Of a DNA stretch of 64,000 nucleotides, positions 41,314-56,212 are shown in pieces (position 1 is the first letter of the stretch; the number at the start of each line of letters is the position of its first letter). The stretch is from Vicinamibacteria bacterium (GTDB lineage: Bacteria; Acidobacteriota; Vicinamibacteria; Marinacidobacterales; Marinacidobacteraceae). Location of the stretch: NCBI GenBank assembly GCA_963422395.1, contig OY729431.1:2400001-2464000 (forward strand), in the 5' to 3' direction. The notes below the pieces were generated by a model, which saw nothing but the letters and a program-made list of their open reading frames with translations, searched no databases and had not been told where the DNA came from. A program made the position numbers and the translations under genes.

Positions 41314-42090
41314 TCACCCCGAAAGGCTCTCGCCCAGAAATCGGATGATGCGGTCACGGTTCGCGGGCAAACTGGAGAACTGCTTATCGGACACATCACT
41401 GAAGCGCGCCAACACTTTTCGATTGATCGCCTCCTGATCTTCGAAGATCGCCACGGACCGGAAAGAGACTCCCCATCTCTCGAACTGATGCAGCGCGATC
41501 GTGGCATCGCGGGTTCTGTCGTCGTTGGGGAGGGCATGCACGAAAAGTGGCCTCGAAGCGCCGTTGATTCGGCAATCTACGGAGTACTTTCCCTCTGGAT
41601 CGCGTTCGGCATCGTTCCAGTCGAAACGCCGTCGCTCTTCCGGCGCGACCTCGCTCAACAAATTCCGAAAGTCCTCCAGGAATGTCGACCGGACCTGCTC
41701 GCGCGACAGATAAGACACATCCGCAATCCTGAGCAGGGCCTGGATGAAGGAATACAGCGCATCACCGTAGCGTCCGTCCGGAATGCCCAGAACCAATTCT
41801 CCATCCCGGTCCTCGATCTGAAATGTGGACAGCGCATTGGAGATGATCGTCTGACGCGTTCCCCGGTGCAGATCTCTCTCGGCGATGTCGTAGGTGAGGT
41901 GCATGTAGGTGTGCGCCTCGTCGGAGAGCACCCACCCCGCTCCCTCCCGTCTCAGAACGATATCCAGATGATCGCCGTCGTCGAACAGGAACGGAGTGAA
42001 CACCCGAAAGCGGTCGACCCCCTCGGGCTCGATCCGCACCTTGGCCGACACCTTGCAGTGGAAATCCCGCACCATGGTTTCGATGGACAT
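41314..42090 (-). CDS. DUF1828-like protein
   Basis: [11 protein letters not shown] and LSDEAHT, recognised as DUF1828-like by eye. The C-terminal YSVDCRING segment may be a PD-(D/E)xK-like module. Confidence 0.7.
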   Translation of the reverse strand: MSIETMVRDFHCKVSAKVRIEPEGVDRFRVFTPFLFDDGDHLDIVLRREGAGWVLSDEAHTYMHLTYDIAERDLHRGTRQTIISNALSTFQIEDRDGELVLGIPDGRYGDALYSFIQALLRIADVSYLSREQVRSTFLEDFRNLLSEVAPEERRRFDWNDAERDPEGKYSVDCRINGASRPLFVHALPNDDRTRDATIALHQFERWGVSFRSVAIFEDQEAINRKVLARFSDVSDKQFSSLPANRDRIIRFLGESLSG

Positions 42091-42573
42091 CTACTTCCTC
42101 CCGAAGAGACCGTGCGGCAACTCCTGCGGCGCCGTAAAGCCGGCGTCGGCGAACAGACAGCGCAGGGCCTCGAAAACTGTGGCGTAACGATCGGTGGTCT
42201 CGGCGTAGGAATCCTCTCTTGCGCCGAGATCCTGATAGCGTTCCGTCGCGCAGTGGATGTGGAAGTCGTAGAAGGTGTTGCCCTCGATGGGATTCGTGTG
42301 TTCATGGCTTCTGCCGTTGTAGCGGCGGAGCCGAAAAACCTGCGTCGATTGCGGAACGAGTACAGCGAGGATGACGGAGAAATCCATGGAATCGATCCTG
42401 TTCTTTCGGAGAATCACCCGGAACTCGCTCCCGTGCATCCCGACGATATCCAACTGTTGCTCTTCGTGCCCCCGCTTCGGCTTCATCTGCACGCGGCGGC
42501 GCCAGTCCGCAGGCAGCTCCTTGGGCTCCTGTAGCAACCCCTCGATGTCACAGTCGGTGTAGGTCACAGCCAT
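42091..42573 (-). CDS. Hypothetical protein with HxNP...HxH motif (DUF6978-like)
   Basis: LRRYNGRSHEHTNP...FHIHCATERY; its stop abuts the next ATG. Confidence 0.65.
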   Translation of the reverse strand: MAVTYTDCDIEGLLQEPKELPADWRRRVQMKPKRGHEEQQLDIVGMHGSEFRVILRKNRIDSMDFSVILAVLVPQSTQVFRLRRYNGRSHEHTNPIEGNTFYDFHIHCATERYQDLGAREDSYAETTDRYATVFEALRCLFADAGFTAPQELPHGLFGRK

Positions 42574-42576
42574 CGG

Positions 42577-43847
42577 CTACTCCCGATCCGGAACACGAGC
42601 CGTCACCCTACCAGTATGGTTGCCAGGGAATGCGTCCGATCCGTTGTCGAGGTCCGCGGCGCGGATCTCGCCGGTCATCAGCTCGTGGAGGAGGGTCTTG
42701 AACAGGTCATCGAGGACGGCGCGCTTTCCCCGATGCAGCTCCACCTTCCGGTCGATGGCGTCGAGGATGGCGACGATCTCGCATTGTTCGTCTCGAGGCG
42801 GATGCGGAATCGGCAACTCAGCAAGACGGGAACGGGAGAGGTTGGGGATGGTCGTGCGGTTCCCGGCTCCCTCATAAACTCCACGGTGCTTGAATCCCTC
42901 TTCCAGCCATGCCATCGCGAAGCGTGGATGTGTCCAGGAGGAGTCCGAAGAGCGCAGGCGGTGGAGATGGTTCTGAAAGAGACACCGTTCGATCTCGCCG
43001 TTCCAAACGGCGGCGCGACCGATCTCGCCGCCCTCGCAGACCAGAAGATCGTCGTCTCGAAGCATCTTTTTCTCGGGAATGCCGTTGTCGAGGCGCATCC
43101 GGCTGACGGTCTGCAGTTCGATGCGTCCCCAATACACATTCGAGGTGCGGAGGAACGGTGATCCGGTGTCCCCGCTTGCAAGGTTGCCCTTCAGGGAAAG
43201 CCCCTGCTCGATGTCGAAGAGACTGCCGATAGTCTCCAGCTCCCAGCTCTTCGGCAGCGGCCCGATTTCCGTTTCCTTCTGCAGCTCGCCGCGCAGGCCG
43301 CGCGTGAAGAGAGTTCCCATCGCGGCGCGCTTGAGGGACCGCCCCGATTCGATCAAATTCTCGGATGCTCGGATCGCTTCCTGAATGATCCACAGGAAGT
43401 CGGAGATCGTCCGGTGATCGTCGGGCGTGAACGCGGGAAGAACGAACTCGCGTATGTGCGGCCAGGATGTCCTGGGATGCTGCACTCCGGTTACGCCGGA
43501 TACGGCGTACTCTACGAAGGCCGGCGAATGAACGACGCCGGCCACGAAGCGCGGATCGACGCCTTCTTTCGCCCGCAGCACCAGCAGTTCTGTGGTACAA
43601 ACACCTTCGTTCCCAGCGAGCACTGCTTTGTCCAGGTAGGGACGGAGCTTGCCGTAGAGGACATCACCGGGTCGGAAAGCAGACTTGTGGCTCCGCACCT
43701 CCGACGCCTTTCCCGTCCCCACGGGAAGAAACCGTCCGGACGCGAGGTGCTCAAGGCCGATATAGACGGCGTCGGGCCGGTCGCGGGGATCGACATTCTC
43801 CGCGGCGAGGTCGCAAAGGTCCGCGAGGCGCGTCGTCGTAGCGAAGT

Positions 43848-43851
<4 letters not shown>
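42577..43851 (-). CDS. hsdS: Type I R-M specificity subunit
   Basis: Two TRDs with conserved spacers: [27 protein letters not shown] and LLHELMTGE. Confidence 0.92.
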
Positions 43852-45698
<1,847 letters not shown>

Positions 45699-45704
45699 GT
45701 ATGA

Positions 45705-45770
45705 GATATATGCTATATCGAATCCTGACTCGATCATCGCTGGTGATCCCATTCGGCATCCAGGATTCGA
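45705..45770. promoter_or_regulatory. Candidate operator palindromes upstream of hsdM
   Basis: GATATA-TGC-TATATC (45705-45719), plus a 10-bp inverted pair TCGAATCCTG (45718-45727) / CAGGATTCGA (45761-45770), in the divergent intergenic gap. Confidence 0.45.
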
Positions 45771-45776
45771 TCCGAG

Positions 45777-46736
45777 ATGAAATCGAACGGCCCCGGTCCG
45801 GAACGCGCGCGGTCGAGCGGCGAACAGCGAGGGTCGAGTGCGGTCGTGAGTGTGGACGGCTGGATCGGGCCGCCGGAGGAGGCGAGCGTGCGCCCGCTGG
45901 ACCGGGGTTTCCTCTACGGCGAGGCGGTGTACGAAAACCTCAGGACCTACGGCGGCGAACCCTTCCTCGAAGGCCGCCATCTCGGGCGGCTGCGCCGTTC
46001 GGCGGCGTACCTGGGGATTCCGCTGCGGCTCTCCGACGCCGAGATCGGCGAGCGGCTCCGAGCAGCCCTCTCGGCAGCCGGAGGGGGCGAAGACGGAGAA
46101 CACTCGCTGCGGCTGATCCTCACCGCCGGCCCCGAGGGCGGCGTCCCGTCCCTGGTGATCCTGGTGCGGCCGCTGCCGCCGCTGCCGGTGGATCCGGAGC
46201 GGGAGGGAGTGGGCGTGCTGCTCTTCGACCGGGTGCGGACGGCGCCGGTCGGCTTGCCAGCGGATGTGAAGACTACGAACCTGCTGGGAGGGCGGCTCGC
46301 GGTCCGCGAGGCACATGCTGCCGGAGCGCACGAGGCGGTGTTCCGAAGTCCCGGCGGCGGCCTCGCCGAAGGAGCCACCTCGAATCTGTTCCTCGTCCAC
46401 GATGGAGTGGTCCGCACCGCGCCGGCGTCCGCCGGTCTGCTCCCCGGGATCACCCGCTCCCTCGTGTTCGAAGTGCTGGACGAACTCGGGATCCCGTGCG
46501 AGGAAGCGCGGCTGCCGACGACGCGTCTGGAGGACGCCGACGAAGCCTTTCTCACGAGTTCGTCGCGCGAGGTGCTGCCGGTGACCTGGGTCGCAGCTCC
46601 CGGCAGCCGCCGGCAGGACATCGGCGATAGCCGGCGAATCATCGGGAACGGGAAGCCGGGCGCACTCACTCTGCGCGCCCTCGCCGGCTACCGGCAGACG
46701 GCGCGGCGACTTCTCGGCGCACCGGAACTCGGCTGA
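45777..46736 (+). CDS. Class IV aminotransferase (IlvE/PabC/Dat family)
   Basis: Motifs [30 protein letters not shown] and ADEAFLTSS. Confidence 0.92.
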   Translation: MKSNGPGPERARSSGEQRGSSAVVSVDGWIGPPEEASVRPLDRGFLYGEAVYENLRTYGGEPFLEGRHLGRLRRSAAYLGIPLRLSDAEIGERLRAALSAAGGGEDGEHSLRLILTAGPEGGVPSLVILVRPLPPLPVDPEREGVGVLLFDRVRTAPVGLPADVKTTNLLGGRLAVREAHAAGAHEAVFRSPGGGLAEGATSNLFLVHDGVVRTAPASAGLLPGITRSLVFEVLDELGIPCEEARLPTTRLEDADEAFLTSSSREVLPVTWVAAPGSRRQDIGDSRRIIGNGKPGALTLRALAGYRQTARRLLGAPELG

Positions 46737-46763
46737 TTCCGGTCCCTTCGGCAGCCCCGGACG

Positions 46764-49154
46764 GTGGTACATTCGTCCGCTAGCATGGTCGCGGCCTCGC
46801 CTCGCGGAAGGCCCCCGTCCGGCGGAAGGATCCGAACCCGCAGAAGCGCCCGAATTCTCCGCTGGAGGATCGCCGGCTCCTGGCCCCTGTTGCTCCTCGG
46901 ATTCGCCGCCCCGCCGGCAGCGGCGGCGCAGCAGCTAGCGGCTGCCCGGGCCATCGATTTCGAAACGGTCCGTTTCGAGCGCCGGCTGACGGCGGTCCGC
47001 GCCGCCGGACCCATCGAGGTGGACGGAGTTCTCGGTGAGGACGAGTGGGCGGGCGCCGCGCTGGTCTCTGGGTTCACCCAGGGGAACCCGAACGAAGGGA
47101 TGCCCGCCACCTTCGAGACCGAAGTCCGGGTGCTATACGACGACGAATCCCTCTACATAGGCGCCTTCGCCTACGACGACGCCCCCGACGAGATCATCGT
47201 GAACGATCTGTCGCGCGACTTCTCGACCCGCGCCGGCGACATCTTCGGAGTGGTGCTGGACACCTTCCACGACCGCCGGAACGGCTACATGTTCGAGACG
47301 AACCCCGCCGGCGCGAAGTTCGACGGGCAGGTCTTCAACGAGGGCCGCGAGTTCAACCGGGACTGGGACGGGGTCTGGCACGTCCGCACCCGGCGGGTCG
47401 CGGGCGGCTGGCAGGTGGAGATGGCGATCCCGTTCAAGACGCTGCGCTTCCGGGAAGACCCGGAGCAGACCTGGGGCATCAACTTCCTGCGCCGGGTCCG
47501 CCGTCTGAACGAGGACGCCTTCTGGGCGCCCATTCCCCGGTTCTTCAACTTCGCCCGCGTCTCCTATTCGGGGACCCTCGAAGGGCTCCTGGACCTGAAA
47601 GCGGGAGGACGGTTCAAGATCACCCCCTATCTGGGCGCCGACACCAGTCAGGGCGCCGCCGAGGTCGATGCCGGCGCGGAGTTCTCCGCCGCTGCCGGGG
47701 TGGATGCGAAGGTGCTCCTGGGGACCGGGCTGAATCTGGACCTGACCGTGAACACCGATTTCTCGCAGGTGGAGGCGGACCTCCAGCAGGTGAACCTCAC
47801 CCGCTACAGCCTCTTCCTCCCCGAAAAACGCGATTTCTTCATCGAGAATTCGGGCATCTTCCGATTCGGGGTTCCCTCGGACTCCCGGCTCAACCAGTTC
47901 CGGGCCGACTTCGGGCAGGCGTTCAATCCGTCGGTCCTGCGATCCAGCCAGAGCCGCGGCGACGACCTGTACCTCTTCTTCAGCCGTCGGATCGGCCTCT
48001 CCGCTTCCGGGACCCCGATCCCGGTGCTCGGAGGCGGAAGGCTCACCGGGCGGGCGGGACCCTACGAACTCGGGATACTGAACATCCAGACCGGCGAACA
48101 CCAGGATGCCCCTCGGTCCGAGAATTTTTCGGCGGTCCGGGTGCGCCGGAACATCGGCGGAAACTCGGATGTGGGCGCCATCTTCCTGAATCGGGAGGCC
48201 GGGTCGGGCAGCGACCACTTCAACCGCTCGGTAGGCGCCGACGCCAACCTCCGCATCACTCCGGAGCTGGAGCTGAACTCCTACTGGGCGCGCACGATGA
48301 GCCCGGCGGCGAACCCGGAGCCGGCGGTAGACCCTGGCGGTCACGAACAAGCCGCCCGGGTCGCGGCCAACTACGACGGGCGGCTCTGGCAGCTTCGCGG
48401 AGCCTGGTCGGTCCTCGGCGACGACTTCGACCCGGAGATGGGCTTCGCTCCGCGGGTCGGCATCCGCCGACTGCTGGGATACGCCGGGTACCACTACCGC
48501 CCGGCCTGGTGGAGCGACTTCCTGCGCGAGTTCAACCCGCACTTCGAGTTCAACGACTTCGAGAACAGCGACGGCGAGCTGGTGAGCCGTTATGTCAACT
48601 GGCACTTCGCCTTCCGCCACCAGAACGGCTCCCTGTTCGAGTTCGGCTACAACGACAGCGTCGAGAACACCTTCGACGCCTTCGACATCCACCCGACGAC
48701 CGTCGTCCAGCCCGGCGAGCACCACTACGACGAGTGGTTCGTGATGGTGTTCTCGAATCCCAGCCGACCGCTGTCGCTGAACGCGCGCTACGACTGGGGC
48801 GGGTTCTATTCGGGTACCCGGAAAGCACTCAACCTGAGCACGGTGGCTCGCGCCGGGGGCAAGCTGACCGCCTATCTCGGCTGGAGCCGGAACGACATCG
48901 CGCTTCCCGAAGGGGAGTTCGTCACCGACCTGCTCACAGCGCGGCTCACCTGGACCTTCACCACCAACATGTTCCTGAACGCGCTGATCCAGTACAACAG
49001 CGTGACCGAAGACTGGAGCTCCAACATCCGCTTCAATCTCATCCACCGACCGCTGTCCGATTTCTTCATCGTGCTCAACGACCGGCGCGACCCGATGGGC
49101 AACCGCCTCGACCGCGCGCTGATCGCCAAGTACACGATCCTGATGGATTTCTGA
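46764..49154 (+). CDS. CBM9-like/DUF5916 outer-membrane-type protein
   Basis: Motifs [28 protein letters not shown] and PEKRDFF; terminal Phe. Start uncertain (46764 or 46785). Confidence 0.8.
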   Translation: MVHSSASMVAASPRGRPPSGGRIRTRRSARILRWRIAGSWPLLLLGFAAPPAAAAQQLAAARAIDFETVRFERRLTAVRAAGPIEVDGVLGEDEWAGAALVSGFTQGNPNEGMPATFETEVRVLYDDESLYIGAFAYDDAPDEIIVNDLSRDFSTRAGDIFGVVLDTFHDRRNGYMFETNPAGAKFDGQVFNEGREFNRDWDGVWHVRTRRVAGGWQVEMAIPFKTLRFREDPEQTWGINFLRRVRRLNEDAFWAPIPRFFNFARVSYSGTLEGLLDLKAGGRFKITPYLGADTSQGAAEVDAGAEFSAAAGVDAKVLLGTGLNLDLTVNTDFSQVEADLQQVNLTRYSLFLPEKRDFFIENSGIFRFGVPSDSRLNQFRADFGQAFNPSVLRSSQSRGDDLYLFFSRRIGLSASGTPIPVLGGGRLTGRAGPYELGILNIQTGEHQDAPRSENFSAVRVRRNIGGNSDVGAIFLNREAGSGSDHFNRSVGADANLRITPELELNSYWARTMSPAANPEPAVDPGGHEQAARVAANYDGRLWQLRGAWSVLGDDFDPEMGFAPRVGIRRLLGYAGYHYRPAWWSDFLREFNPHFEFNDFENSDGELVSRYVNWHFAFRHQNGSLFEFGYNDSVENTFDAFDIHPTTVVQPGEHHYDEWFVMVFSNPSRPLSLNARYDWGGFYSGTRKALNLSTVARAGGKLTAYLGWSRNDIALPEGEFVTDLLTARLTWTFTTNMFLNALIQYNSVTEDWSSNIRFNLIHRPLSDFFIVLNDRRDPMGNRLDRALIAKYTILMDF

Positions 49155-49194
49155 ATCCAGCGATTCCACCCCCGACGGGGGAAGGAGAAACCCC

Positions 49195-49596
49195 ATGAAA
49201 ACCATGCTCGAAAGCCACCGGGACACCGCATACGCACTCTTGCGCATCGTCTCCGGCTTCCTGTTCTTCTGCCACGGTGCCCAGAAGCTCTTCGGGGTGA
49301 TGGGCGGAAATCAGCGTGAGATCCTGTCGTTGATGGGGCTCGCCGGAGTGATCGAGCTCGTCGGCGGCCTGATGCTGATCTTCGGATTCCTCACCGGCGT
49401 CACCGCATTCGTGTGCAGCGGCCAGATGGCGGTCGCCTACTTCATGGCCCATCAGTTCCGCGCCGACGAGGCGGGTGCGATGCTCGGCTGGTTACCGATC
49501 CAGAATCGGGGCGAGCTTGCGGTGCTCTACTGCTTCTTGTTCCTGTTCATCGCCATGACCGGAGCCGGAAAGTGGAGCCTCGACGAACGCCGCTGA
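49195..49596 (+). CDS. DoxX-family membrane protein
   Basis: Motifs LRIVSGFLFFCHGAQKLFG, MAVAYF and GAGKWSLD. Confidence 0.92.
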   Translation: MKTMLESHRDTAYALLRIVSGFLFFCHGAQKLFGVMGGNQREILSLMGLAGVIELVGGLMLIFGFLTGVTAFVCSGQMAVAYFMAHQFRADEAGAMLGWLPIQNRGELAVLYCFLFLFIAMTGAGKWSLDERR

Positions 49597-49620
49597 CCGG
49601 CTGACCCCACCTTCCGCCGA

Positions 49621-49660
49621 GCTGCCGCGGACAGGGCTTCCCCTCGTCCGCGGTGCAGCG
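49621..49660. terminator. GC-rich hairpin between convergent genes
   Basis: GCTGCCGCGGACAGGG-CTTC-CCCTCGTCCGCGGTGCAGC forms a long imperfect stem. No U-tract. Confidence 0.35.
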
Positions 49661-49783
49661 GGGGAGGTGACTCAGAATCCGAACTCGCTGCCCCCGGCAG
49701 TTCGGATTCCCGGCGCGAAGCGCCGGGCGGTTCGGGGGCGGGGCGTCACGCTCTTCCCGAGGGGTGCGAGACGCAAGCCGACC

Positions 49784-50740
49784 TCACTCCCCGTTCCCGA
49801 ACCGCTCAGCCCTGACCTCGCGCGCCGGCGGCCGGAAGACCTCCTTCCGGTGCCAGCGGATGTATTCATGCCCGGGTTCGTGCGCGCTGTCCACCGGCAG
49901 CCGGATATCCCTCCCGTTGTAGCGCAGCAGGTGCCCGGTGGAATCGGCATGCCCGTTAACTTCGCGGGAGACGATCACCCGAACCCGGCCAGCGGCGGGT
50001 TCGGGTTCGAGGCCGATGGCCCCCCGGTCGAAGGCCCGGTGGTGGAGGACGCAGAGCGCGAGGCCGTTCGGGATTTCGTCGGGGCCCCCATGGGTATGCC
50101 AGCGGATGTGCGCCGCTTCGAGACCGAGGAGGTCGTCGCCGAGACGGATGTCGTAGCCGCAGACCGCGCAGCGCCGTTCGTAGGCGGAGAACACCTCGGT
50201 CCGGAAATTCGAGACTCGGGGGCGGCCCGGTTGCCAGAGGGCGATCTCCGCCTCTCCAGCCGCTGCATCGAGCCCGACCGCTTCGAGGATGTCCCGGTGG
50301 AAGGACTCGGCGAAGTGCTCTTCGAGAAGGCGCTGCGCCAGGAGCGCAGCGAGCCCGGGGTCCGCCGCCAGCGAGCGGTGCAGCGGCTCGGGCAGCCCCC
50401 CTTCGACGGCGCGCAGGTCGGCTATCGGAGGATCCCCTGAATCGGTCAGGGGGACCGAGACGGCGCGGGGGATCTCCCACAGGTCCTCGTCGTTCCGCAG
50501 CCGCCAGAAGGGCATCCCCGGGTGGAGCGTCTGGCGCGGAGGGCCGAACCGCCGAAGGAGCTCTCCGATCGGCTCCTCCGCATCCCGAAACCGGACTAGC
50601 CGAGGCTCGTTCCGCAGCGCGCGCCCGATCGCCCAGAGCAGGAGCAGCGGCTTGTGGGGCGCCCGCTCACCGCCACGCTTCCATATCCGCAGCTCCGACA
50701 GGCACCGGAGGACCTCATCCTCTTTCATCGGCCCGTTCAT
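49784..50740 (-). CDS. SBD-HNH phosphorothioate-dependent restriction endonuclease (ScoMcrA-like)
   Basis: N-terminal RAPHKPLLLL and PFWRLRND..LWE sulfur-binding-domain motifs. C-terminal CAVCG..LEAAHIRWH..GGPD..NGLALCVLHHRAFD HNH. Start 50740 or 50728. Confidence 0.85.
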   Translation of the reverse strand: MNGPMKEDEVLRCLSELRIWKRGGERAPHKPLLLLWAIGRALRNEPRLVRFRDAEEPIGELLRRFGPPRQTLHPGMPFWRLRNDEDLWEIPRAVSVPLTDSGDPPIADLRAVEGGLPEPLHRSLAADPGLAALLAQRLLEEHFAESFHRDILEAVGLDAAAGEAEIALWQPGRPRVSNFRTEVFSAYERRCAVCGYDIRLGDDLLGLEAAHIRWHTHGGPDEIPNGLALCVLHHRAFDRGAIGLEPEPAAGRVRVIVSREVNGHADSTGHLLRYNGRDIRLPVDSAHEPGHEYIRWHRKEVFRPPAREVRAERFGNGE

Positions 50741-50917
50741 CGGGGGGGCGACTCTACCGGAATCGGCTCCCGAGGGATCGTCGCCGATGGAGCGACGGAT
50801 TCTGACATCCGACCGCGGTAGGGTCTTTCTCGCGGGGCCCGGAAGGCCGGCCGGTACAATGGCACTCCAACGGGTCGCCGCCGAGACGCCCGCACCCCTC
50901 CGACGCCACAGTTCCCG

Positions 50918-52016
<1,099 letters not shown>

Positions 52017-52020
<4 letters not shown>

Positions 52021-55000
52021 GTCAGGAGATGCCGGCCTCCGTCGAGGCCCGGCCGCTTTCGGAGTTCTTTCGGATTCCGAACCGCTTCCACCGTTCGGTG
52101 CACCTGTCCCGCGACCGGCAGCGGAAGCGCGGCGCCGCCGAATACCTGGTCACCGGGGCCATCGCCGAGACGGCGGGCCAGATCCTGGACGAGCTCTCCC
52201 GTCCGGAAGGGACCCGCGCCTGGACCCTGACCGGCCCGTACGGCTCGGGGAAGTCGGCCTTCCTGCTGTTCCTCACCGACCTGCTGGCGAGCCGCGACCC
52301 GTACCATCCGGAGGCGCGCTCGCTGCGGCGGGAACGGCTTCCCGAAAGCCCCGCACTCCGCCCGATCCTGCTCCAGGCGGAGGCCGCTCCGCTGGCTCCG
52401 GCCCTCACCGCCGCTCTCGCGGATTCGGGGATCGGGGAAGTCAGCGGCCGCGCCCGCGCCCTCTCGCGCCGGCGCGAACCCTCGGGCAGCGAATGCGCCG
52501 GACTGCTCGCCGAGGCCGCGGCAGCGAGCGGCGGCGGGCTGATGGTGGCAGTGGACGAACTGGGGAAGTATCTCGAACACGCTGCCGGAAGGAACGAGGA
52601 AGACATCTTCCTGCTGCAGCAACTCGCCGAAGCAGCAGCCCGCAGCGAGAAACCGCTGCTCCTGATCGGCGCCCTCCATTCCGGGTTTTCCGACTATCTC
52701 TCCGGCAGCCGCGCGGACGCGGCCGTCCAGCGCGCCGAATGGCAGAAGGTGCAGGGCCGGTTCCACGACCTGCCGTTCGCACTGCCCAACGAACAGGTCC
52801 TCGATCTGGTGGGCAAAGCGCTCCGGAGCGGCGCCGAGACTCTGCGCCGCGGCTACGCAGAACGGACCGCCCGGATCGCAGCAGCGATCGGCCCGGCAGT
52901 TCGGAGGGGCCGGAAAACGAACCGACTCGCCGCCTGCGCTCCCCTCCACCCGATCACCGCGCTGCTGCTCTGGCCGCTCTTCCGCAGCAAGGCGGCCCAG
53001 AACGAACGCTCGCTGTTCACCTTCCTGACGAGCCACGAGCCCTTCGGCTTTCGTGAGTTCCTGCACCGCGAGACCGCAGCCCCGGGGAAGCCGCTTCCCT
53101 TCTTCCGGCTGCCCGAGCTCCACGACTACGCCGCCGACGCGCTCGGCTCGGCCGCCTTCACCGGCGCCGGCGCCCGCCACTGGAGTCTCATGGCCCAGGC
53201 GCTGGAACGAGTGCCGGCCGACGCGCCCCCGCTCGCTGCCGGACTGGTGAAGGCGGTCGGTCTGCTCTCCCTCTACGGCGAAGCCGCCGGGCTCCGAGCG
53301 GACCGGGAGACCCTGGAGGCGGTCTTCGACGACCGGGAAGAGGAAGCGGTGACCACCGCCATAGAAGCCCTCAGCGAAGCATCCATCGTGCTGTTCCGGC
53401 GGCATCGGCACGCCTTCGGCCTCTGGGAGGGATCGGACATCGACCTCGACGCCGCCTTCGAACGGGCGATCCGGGACCAGGGGGCGGAGCCCCTCTTCCG
53501 CCGCCTGCGGCGGGTGGGGGAGCCGCGCCCAGTCGCGGCGCGGGCGCACAGCGTTCGGGGTGGAACGCTCCGCTGGTTCGAGACGCGCCTCAGCGGGCCT
53601 TCGGAAGCGGAGCTGGCGCAAGCCGTCGAGGCGCCCACCGAGGCCGACGGCCTCTTGCTGTTCGTAGTCGGCCGACAGCCGGAGGCTGCTGAAAGTGCGC
53701 GCCGAGCGAGCCGGGCCGCCGACCGGCCGCGTCAGAAACCGGTGCTGGCCGCGGCGCCGCACTCCCCCGAAGCGCTCGCCGACTGCCTCGACGAGGTCGA
53801 GGGCTGGCAATGGGTACGGGACAACACCCCCGAACTCGGCGGCGACGACACCGCCCGCCGCGAGGTCGAAGCCCGGGAAGAAGCGGCCCGCCGACGATTC
53901 GAGCGAAACGCCGGGCCGACCCTCGGCCTCGGGGGACATGTCCTCGATCCCTCACGGTGCGACTGGTTCGTGAAGGGAGAGAAGAAGCGGGGAATCGCGG
54001 CCCCGCGCCGGCTGCAGCAGCTGCTGTCCCGAATCTTCGACGACGCCTACGACGAGGCCCCTCCGCTCCACAACGAACTGTTGGCCCGGCGGAACCTCTC
54101 CTCGGCGGCCGCCGCCGGGCGCCGGAATCTGATCGAGCGGATCGTCTCCGACACCGGGCAGGAGCGGCTTTCGATCGAGGGCTTCGGGCCGGAGTACAGC
54201 ATGTTCTGCTCGCTGGTCGAGGCCGGCGGCTTCAGGCGCCGGGGGGAACACGGCGCTCTCGAATTCGGCGCCCCTCGGGAACCCGGCTGGCAGCCGGTCT
54301 GGAAGGCGATCTCCGACTTCGTCGAGGATGCCCGCGACCGCCCCCGCCCGCTCTCCGAACTGGTCGTCCGGCTGGAGTCCCCGCCCTTCGGACTCCCCCG
54401 GGGTCCGTTCCCGGTGTGGATGACCCTGTTCCTCAAGGCCCGGGGCGCGAGCGCGGCCCTCTACGAGGACGGAATGTTCGTCCCCGGAACCGGGATCGAG
54501 ACCCTGGAGCGGTTGACCCGGCGGCCCGAGACCTTCGCCATCCGGTCGTTCCGTTTCGGGCGGGAAGAGCGCGCAGTGCTCCGGGCGGTGAGCCGGAAGT
54601 TCGACTGCGCGCCATCTCTGGTTCTCCTCGCCAGGAACCTCGTCGGCGGGGCGGTTCGGCTTTCGCCCTACGCGCGGCAGACGAAACGGATTTCGGACGC
54701 CGCCCGCCGGGTGCGTGACGAGCTGTTGACGGCACGGGACCCGCGCGATCTGCTGCTGCGCGACCTGCCCGCCGCCGTCGGGATTCGCTGCGAAGACGAG
54801 GCAGCCGGCGGCGAATTCGCGTCGAAGCTTCGGGAAGCCGCGGAGGAGTGCCGCGAGGCTCTGCCCCAGCTGCTGGAGCGGATCGAAGCGGTGCTCGGCG
54901 ACGCATTCGGGATCCCCGAACGGGGAGAGGAGTTGCGGCGGTCACTGCGGGAACGGGCGCGGCAGCTCGCCGGCCGGGCGACCGACGACCGGCTCCGCCA

Positions 55001-55382
55001 GTTCCTCGAAGCCGCCGGTCGGACCGAGGGGAAGGGGAGGAGCGCAAGGCCCGGGAGAAGCGGAGGGCCCGGAGGCGATTGGCGGGCGGTGCTCGCGCTG
55101 CCGCTCGCGGGCGGCCTCCCGCCGGAGCGCTGGACCGACGATCTGGCCGCCGCCGCCGAGGCGCGCCTGCGGCTGCTGGCGGGCGAGGTCGAGCGGATCG
55201 AAGGCGCCGTCCGACTCTCGAGGCCGGCCAACGCGGATGCCCTCTTCGAGCGTTGGCGCCGGGATGTCGAAGCCGCCGGAGTGAGCGGGCTGCCGCCGGG
55301 CGAATGCCGGAAGGCCGCCGAGCAGCTCGCGGCGTTCCTCGGCAGGCGGTACCCGACGGCCGAATCGAGACCGACAGCATGA
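52017..55382 (+). CDS. sspC: Large P-loop ATPase, SspC/BrxC-like
   Basis: RFHRSVHL, Walker A GPYGSGKS, VDELGKYLE, EWQKVQGRF, PLHP and QNERSLF. ATGA overlaps at both ends. Confidence 0.82.
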
Positions 55383-56212
55383 TCGAGGGCGGCGCGCGGA
55401 GGGCAGCCGACAGCCCGCGCCACATCGTGACGCTCTCCGGCGGCAAGGACTCGACGGCTCTCGCGCTCTATCTGCGAGAGAAGAACCCCGACACCCCCTA
55501 CGAATACCTCTTCTGCGACACCCACAAGGAACTCCCCGAGACCTACGAGTACCTGGCGCGGATCGAGGCCCGGCTCGAACAGCCGATCGTCCGCCTCGCC
55601 TCCGCCCACGGAGACCGCGGATTCGACCACTTCCTGAAGCTGTACGGGGGGTTCCTCCCGTCGCCGAGCGCCCGCTGGTGCACCCGCAGGCTCAAGATCG
55701 AGCCCTTCGAGCAGTACGTCGGCGACGACCCGACCCGTCTCTATGTCGGGATTCGCGCCGACGAGAACCGCAGCGGCTACATCTCCACGAAACCCAACAT
55801 CGAAGCGGTCTTTCCGTTCCGGGAGGACGGCCTCGGACGCGGCGAGGTGCTGCGGATCCTGGAGCGGAGCGGCGTGGGGCTGCCCCGCTACTACGAGTGG
55901 CGTTCCCGGTCCGGCTGTTACTTCTGCTTCTTCCAGCAGCGCGGCGAATGGGTTCGGCTGCGGGAGCGGCACCCGGAGCTGTTCGAGAAGGCCAAGGCTT
56001 ACGAGAAGGAAGAGCAGGGATACACCTGGGTGTCGCAGGAGAGCCTCTCGCGGATGGAAGACCCCGCCCGCCGGAAGCAGATCCAGGAGCGGGATGAGGC
56101 CGAACGGGCGCGCCGCGCCGCCCGCCGAAAGCCGAAGACCCTCGGCCAGGCCTTCGGCTACGAAGAACCCGACGATGACGAAGAAGACATATGCCTGATG
56201 TGTCACAAGTAG
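55379..56212 (+). CDS. sspD: PAPS-reductase-family protein, SspD-like
   Basis: PP-loop SGGKDS, DTHKELPETY, RWCTRRLKI, GIRADE, RSRSGCYFCFFQ and terminal CLMCHK. Confidence 0.88.
   Translation: MIEGGARRAADSPRHIVTLSGGKDSTALALYLREKNPDTPYEYLFCDTHKELPETYEYLARIEARLEQPIVRLASAHGDRGFDHFLKLYGGFLPSPSARWCTRRLKIEPFEQYVGDDPTRLYVGIRADENRSGYISTKPNIEAVFPFREDGLGRGEVLRILERSGVGLPRYYEWRSRSGCYFCFFQQRGEWVRLRERHPELFEKAKAYEKEEQGYTWVSQESLSRMEDPARRKQIQERDEAERARRAARRKPKTLGQAFGYEEPDDDEEDICLMCHK

Noticed and set aside
45699-46772. Apparent 974-aa HsdM with a long N-terminal extension
   Set aside because: The extension is the antisense of the class IV aminotransferase; the real start is ATG 45698.
49667-50440. 257-aa plus-strand ORF with protein-like composition
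   Set aside because: It is antisense to the SBD-HNH gene, which has clear motifs.
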